Origin: Eledone cirrhosa
Lineage: Eukaryota
Direction of reading: 5' to 3'
NCBI GenBank assembly: GCA_964016885.1
Contig: OZ024742.1
Location: forward strand, 131,564,001-131,628,000
DNA: 64,000 bases
In this document: piece after piece, positions 57,777 through 64,000 of the stretch
Position numbering within the stretch: position 1 is the stretch's first letter
How the letters are laid out: each line of letters opens with the position of its first letter
Program-made: the position numbers and the translations under genes
The notes under the pieces: generated by a model
What the model was told of the DNA's origin: nothing
Database searches by the model: none
The model's input: only the letters and a program-made list of their open reading frames with translations

Positions 57777-60445
57777 TGGTACGCACAAAAGTGAAACTAA
57801 TCACTAAACGAAAAATCCGGGCTCCTGGTGTTGCCCTGCCCCAAAGATTGAATGCTGCTCGTCTTAAGGATAAAAATGTGAAGAGGACATTGGAAGAAGA
57901 GATGCAGGCTGCAGATCTTGGTGAGGATTGGCCGACCCTTAAAAAGTCGGTTTATGATGTAGGCAGGCGTGTACTGGGATTGGTGCAGAGAAAACATCAG
58001 GGCTGGTTTAATGAGAATGATGTACATATAGAAGACTTGTTGGCTGATAAGAGGAGTGCTCTGTCACGCTACTTGACGGCAAAACCACAGGAGAGGAATA
58101 CGGTGCATGAGGAACTCAGGGATGTAAAATCACGTGTTAGGCGGAGTCTTTCTCAGATGAAGGATCAGTGGTGGAGTGAGAAGGCTGGTGAGATACAAAC
58201 TGCGTCAGATTCCAATAACACAAAGCTGTTGTACAGTCTCTTGCGTGAGGTTTATGGACCGTCTTCTTCTCTGGTGACACCGCTTCGCAGCAAGGATGGC
58301 AAAGAACTTCTTCGTGACTCACAAGGAATTCTACGAAGATGGCGAGAGCACTTTAAAAATCTTCTGAATCAGCCGTCTGTCGTCAGTGAAGATTTCCTCA
58401 ATCTCATTACAGAAAGTCCTGTGAAAGTAGCTCTCGCAGAACCTCCGACGCTTGTGGAGGTTGCAGTGGCTATTTCGAAGCTGAACAGTGGAAGATCTCC
58501 AGGTATGGATGGCATATATACTGAGCTCCTACAATATGGTGGTGAGAGACTCCTGCAACATCTTCACTCTTTGTTTGGCAGGATATGGGCTAATGAATCC
58601 GTACCTGAGGACTGGAGAGATGCAGTAATGGTGGTCTTGTACAAGGGAAAGGGTAACAGGAATGATTGTGGAAACTACAGAGGTATATCATTGCTTTCTG
58701 TCGTAGGGAAAGTTTTATGTAGGGTGCTTCTGAACCGTCTGCTGACACACATTGCAGATTGTGTTCTTCCTGAAAGTCAATCTGGTTTTCGTGTTGGACG
58801 CGGCACTACTGATATGATCTTCTCAGCTAGACAGCTCCAGGAGAAGTGCATGGAACAAGGCTTGGATCTGTATCAGGTTTTTGTCGATCTGACAAAAGCT
58901 TTCGATACTGTTAACAGAGATGCATTATGGAAGGTTCTCCAGAAACATGGTTGCCCTGATAAGTTCCTTGCTTTAGTTAGGTCTTTCCATGACGACATGA
59001 AGGCTTGGGTTAATGTCGGAGGTAACATGTCGGAGCCTATCTCAGTAAAAAATGGAGTGAAACAGGGGGATATTCCAGCACCGACCCTGTTTGCCATATA
59101 CTTTGCAATGGTTTTCTGTATTGCATTCAGGAATTGCGAGCATGGTGTTTACATCCGATATCGAACCTCAGGCAACATATTTAACATCAGGCGCTTTGCT
59201 GCGAAGACAAAAGTATTTACATCAATCATAAGTGACCTCTTGTATGCAGATGATTGCGATCTTCTAGCGCAGACAGATAGTGATATGCAGCACATTTTGA
59301 ATGCATTTTCTGGTGCTTGCAATGCCCTAGGATTGACTGTCAGTCTCAAGAAAACCGTCGTCATGTACCAACCTGCCCCTGGTAAGCAGTACACTGAACC
59401 AAACATCTATGTGTATGGCAAACGACTTGGAGTGGTTGATCAGTTTGTCTACCTGGGAAGCACTGTCAATCGATACAGCAACCTTGACAGTGAAATCTCA
59501 CTTAGGATTAGGAAAGCAAGTGATGCTTTCGGAAAGCTAGAAAGGCGACTCTGGGGTCGACGAGACATATGCAGCAGGACAAAGGTAAAGGTGTACAGGG
59601 CATGTGTGCTCTCTTGTCTTCTTTATGCCTGCGAGACCTGGGTCACGTATCGACACCACCTTAAGCAATTGGAGCGTTTCCATCAGATGTGTCTCAGACG
59701 GATCCATGGCGTTCACTGGAGGGACCACATCAGTGATGTCGAGATTTTGGAAAGCTCTATGTGTGACAGTATAGAAGCTCTTGTGCTGAAGCAACGACTC
59801 CGTTGGAGTGGTCACCTTGCCAGGATGAAGGATTCTAGAATACCAAAACAACTCTTTTATGGAGAGTTGGTTAAAGAAAAACGACCGCCACATAAACCAA
59901 ACAAGAGGTATAAGGATTCCTTGAAAGCCTCTCTGAAAGACGCTAACATCTCTGCTGATACATGGGAAAATATTGCTGCTGATCGTAATAAATGGAGAAA
60001 GACTGTATATGAGGGAAAAGTTGCCTTTGAGGCATCACGAATCGCATACGAGAAAGTAAAGCGGGATGTGAGGAAGGGCATTGCTTTTGCACTTCCAGAC
60101 GGCGAGGGTCCTCCTATGGTGATGACATGCAGCGTCTGTGCGAGACTCTGCCTAAGCGAAGCTGGACTCGAAAGTCATCTTCGCAGTCATAAAGTAAGAC
60201 CAGTGGTTGACTACCAGGCTGCTGTTGGAGATGCTACTCATCATGCTTGCCAAACATGTGGTAGAGAATGTATATCAGCAGGAGGGCTCAAGCGACATAC
60301 AACAGTACACGAACTCCAACCACAGCCGACTATTCCCAGTGAATGTTTTGGTTGTCGACTCTGTGCAAGACATTTTAGATCCTTTTAGATCATTTTAGAT
60401 CATTCGCTGGGCTAAAAAGCCACATTCGATCGCAGCGCTGTTAGT
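57777..60445 (+). mobile_element. RTE (BovB-like) LINE family 1, 5'-truncated, open RT ORF with three C-terminal C2H2 fingers
   Basis: 874 aa ORF with SPGMDGI, NYRGISLLS, FVDLTKAFDTV, GVKQGD, LLYADD and LRWSGH. The APE domain is missing; a 10 bp triplication (C.TTTTAGAT) frameshifts the last finger. Confidence 0.95.
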
Positions 60446-60659
60446 TGCTATCGTGTGTGTGTGTGTGTATAGATATGCTTATGTGTGTGTGTGTATGTGT
60501 ATATATATATATGTATATGTATATTATTATTGTTGTTGTCGTTATTATATTGTTGTTATTATTTTTATTATTATTATTGTTATTAATGTATGTGTCTGTG
60601 TGTGTGTATATGTGTGTATATGTGTGTATGTATGTATATATATATATACATACATACAT

Positions 60660-60888
60660 TATAAAAGCTTCATGGCACAGACATTGCTTTATATCTGGAG
60701 ATCTCTCTGGAGATCTCTCGTCACATGGCCCAGCACTACGTGTCAATAATTGTCACAAGTGTAGTGTTTGTACCATAGTTTTCAAGTCGCTGGCTGGACT
60801 AAAAAGCCACACTCATTTAGCGCATCGGTAGGGGTTCTCCTACATGGATATAAAGTAGTGGCCGTACTCGAAAACGAGTTGGCAGCCA

Positions 60889-60890
<2 letters not shown>
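60660..60890 (+). mobile_element. 3' part of the bipartite RTE derivative
   Basis: Matches 57517-57755 including GTGGCCGTACTCGAAAACGAGTTGGCAGCCACC. Confidence 0.85.
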
Positions 60891-60940
<50 letters not shown>

Positions 60941-60998
60941 TTTTAATTTTTATTTTTTTTTGTTTATTTATTATTATTATTATTATTTATTTTTTTCT

Positions 60999-61040
60999 CC
61001 TCGTGCAATGGCCATACTCGATAACGAGGGGGCAGCCATC
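60999..61040 (+). mobile_element. Minimal RTE 3' stem-loop insertion with (ATGT)n tail
   Basis: ATGGCCATACTCGATAACGAGGGGGCAGCCATC followed by ATGTATG... Confidence 0.7.
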
Positions 61041-61072
61041 ATGTATGATGTATGTATGTATGATGTATGTAT

Positions 61073-61330
61073 GTTCTTCTGGTTTTATAATTTCACCAAT
61101 TTTTTACCAATAGAGATAGAATCGGTTTCTAACATAGACACAAGACTCTCTCATTGGAATTTACACAACATCAACTAAGTAGATTATGTATGCATGCATG
61201 TGAAGATATGGATGTTATTGTATGTGTGGATGTGTATGTTTTGAGTTGTATGTGTGCATGTGTTTATGCTTTGTATCTGTACATGTGTATATGCAGTTAT
61301 TAGATGCAACATTTTTGGAATGTTATATAT
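61073..61330 (-). mobile_element. R4/Dong-like family B 3' UTR copy inserted in an RTE tail
   Basis: Matches 55086-55335; ATGT repeats on both sides. Confidence 0.85.
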
Positions 61331-61339
61331 CTATGTATG

Positions 61340-61534
61340 TTAGTCTACTTTTCGGGTAGTGTTTTTGATGGTCAGAGAGTGCAAGGCCTTTCCCCACTTA
61401 AAATCCTTCAAAGCACAGGCATTGCTTGTTTAGGATATGTTGCAGGTTTGTGTGACTGGCCGTAGCCTAAAAGTACACCAAACTCTATAATCTGACAAGC
61501 GATGTCAGTACTCTTAGCAGAGTTTCCAGCCATC
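61340..61534 (+). mobile_element. Diverged RTE-derived non-autonomous fragment
   Basis: CTTCA.AGCACAGGCATTGCTT is shared with 57524; ends ACTCT TAGC AGAGT TTCCAGCCATC followed by (ATGT)n. Confidence 0.7.
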
Positions 61535-61564
61535 ATGTATGTATGTATGTATGTATGCATGTAT

Positions 61565-64000
61565 GTTTTCTCTTTCTCTTAATTTCGAGTATATTTTTTT
61601 GACCGGCCACCTTCCTGGTGGCAAGGTTGTAAAAGAAAAGAAATTGTCATCCCTTGAATCGCAAGAATGTTTTGCATATTTTGAAGGTGCCAGCTATCGC
61701 AGCCATTTGTAGACTATGAATTAGGGAGCTGCGCTTTTTGTCCGCAAATCCAAGTTCGGTCATACTTTGGTCCAAGCGGGTTGGTATATAACCCGTAGCA
61801 CCAATAATGATGGGTATGAAGCTAAAGGTGTATCTTGAATACTGGATTTGTAAGCTCCTCATCAATGGTCCGTAGATGTCCTCCTTCTCCTGTATTTTTC
61901 TGACAACGTTTACATCAAGTGGGCAGCTGATCTCCACAACAGAACACGTTTTCAATGTGTGGTCCCAAACTACAATATCAGGCCGGTTGTGCTTTAATTT
62001 GGTGGCAGTTTTTATTTTCAGGTTCCACCAGTATTCCTTAGTGCCATCTGTCTCAATATATTCTTCCTCGTTTGTTGTTAATTTTGTTTTCCGAAGTGCG
62101 TTCCAGATAGTTCTAGCTATCCCATCGTGTCTCATGGGGAGGTAGTAGCGAGATGACATTCTTTCGCAGCTGGCAACGATGTGGCTTACATCCTCGATCT
62201 TTGTTTTACATAGCCTACATTTATTGTCAGCTGCTGGCCCTCCTCTTTTGTGCAGCAGATATTTGGTAGGGAGTTCTTGTTCCTGTATTGCATAGAGATA
62301 TCCCTCAAGGTGTGATGTCATAAACTTGTCGGAACTCCATGCCAGGCTTTTTGAGTGGTTTATCCCCTCTATGGTCTGTGTTTTACGCCTCAAGTATCCA
62401 TGCACAACTTTCTCTGTAAATTGGTCAATTTTTTTTCTTGTTTGAACATTGAATAGGATCTTCCGATTTCTCTGGGTGAGAGATTTATATCAGGCTTTAT
62501 TCCATATCTCTCCTCCAGATCAGTCGCTATTCTAATGATATTTCTTTTTTCATGCTCATAAACCTGAGCAAGATGGTCGCCAACCTTTTTCCTCTGTTGA
62601 AGGTGTTGCTTCAGTGTTACTATCCGGGTCTCATATGTTGTTAATATTGATTTTAGACCCCGGCCACCTTCCTTGCGTGAGAAGTATAGCCTATCCACAT
62701 CACCATTGATGTTAAAGTTCCCAGTAACACTGAGAAGTTTACGAGTTCTAACATCCATCTCACTTAGTTCTTGCAATGACCAGTTCAGTAGGCCAAATGT
62801 TGGCGTTAGAATTGGCACAGCATAGGTATTGTGGGCAATGTATTTGTTGTATGCTGACAGTTCTGATGATCATATTTTTTTTTACTCTTCTGAGGTATTC
62901 AGTTCTGGTTCTCTCCTTATTTATGGGTCCATCATATCTGACATTCTCATCCTGTCCAAGATATCTGTAGTTGTCACCTGACTGCAGAGGTTGTATTGTC
63001 AGGCCGTTCATATCTAGATTTCTAGAGGAGGGCACAGCTCTTCCACGTTTTACTGCCAAATATGCACACTTGGACTCACTAAATTTCATTTTGATGTCGG
63101 TTGAAAATTGTGTAATGAGGTCCAATTGTTTCTTGATGTCATTGATATTTGGCCCATACAACTTCAGGTCATCAACAAAGAAAAGATGGGAGATACTTCT
63201 GGGCCCACTTCTTTGTCCACCTTGTTTCCTGAGTAGGTAAGATAGTGGATTCAGTGAGAGAACGAAGAGTAGTACTGACAAGCTATCACCCTGAAAGATG
63301 CCCTTCTGGTAATGTATCCTATCAGTCTTAACCTGCTCCTTCTCACCTCTAAGGATCAAATTGGTGTACCAGTTCTTGGTCAGGCGTTCAACAGCAGCTA
63401 CTAATGGTTGTGGGACTTTAGCTAACTGTAAAGCCTTAATAATCCACCCATGAGGTACACTATCAAATGCTTTTTGATAGTCCAGCCACACGACAGTCAT
63501 GTTTCTGCGATTCTTTGTTGTTTTTTCCTGAATCATTTTGTTAGTTAGTAGGTGATCTATGCAACCCCACACCTCCCTCTTTCCACCAGCTTGCTCAGGT
63601 GTTATGATGTTGTTGGTAGCACAGTGATCCTGTAAGAACAGGTTAAGGCACCCAGTATATAATTTATGCATGATGTTTTGGCAGGCAATTGGGCGGTAAT
63701 TTTTAGCAAGGGTGGTTTGGCTATTTTGGGGAATGAGGAGAGTAGTGGCAGTTGATAACCATCTGGGCAGTTCTTGTGTGCCCTTAATGGTTTCTGTAAA
63801 CAGCCGTATGAGATCTTGCCGATAGAAAGTGAAATTCTTCAACCAGTATCCTGTAATGAGGTCTGGGCCTGGCGATTTCCTATTCGACATTTTCTGTAGA
63901 GCTGTTTCCAGTATTGACCCATCTATGTCATATTGTTTTGTCTGGACATGTTGGCAGTAGTCCTGTTCCAGTTGTTTTAGCCAATTAGCTTGTCTGTTGA
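61565..64000 (-). mobile_element. R4/Dong-like LINE family A (RT, CCHC, restriction-like endonuclease), two frameshifts, runs off the window
   Basis: KSPGPDLI, NYRPIAC, WLDYQKAFDSVPH, GIFQGDSLS, HLFFVDDLKLY, YRYLG, RKEGGRGL, CRLC, RPDIVVWD; 3' end GAGAAAAC followed by (ATAC)n. Confidence 0.93.

Overview
Eukaryotic, AT-rich, microsatellite-dense DNA. The tRNA/Meta-domain SINEs and RTE derivatives suggest a cephalopod such as Octopus (inference). No intact host gene is visible, and nearly all ORFs in the track are microsatellite artefacts. The real content is a set of non-LTR retroelements that sort by microsatellite type. (1) Two R4/Dong-like families with restriction-like endonuclease always end in (CATA)n. 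(2) RTE LINEs and a bipartite non-autonomous RTE derivative end in a conserved stem-loop followed by (ATGT)n. At 55-64 kb about nine insertions are stacked, all RTEs on + and all R4-like copies on -, with several R4-like copies sitting directly in RTE tails. (3) A Tx1-like family lies in (TATC)n. (4) Many Penelope-like (PLE) fragments and small palindromic cassettes lie in (TA)n, several carrying minimal hammerhead ribozyme motifs. Also present: CR1 and CRE fragments, a hAT MITE, local inverted duplications, and weak traces of host exons and a promoter.
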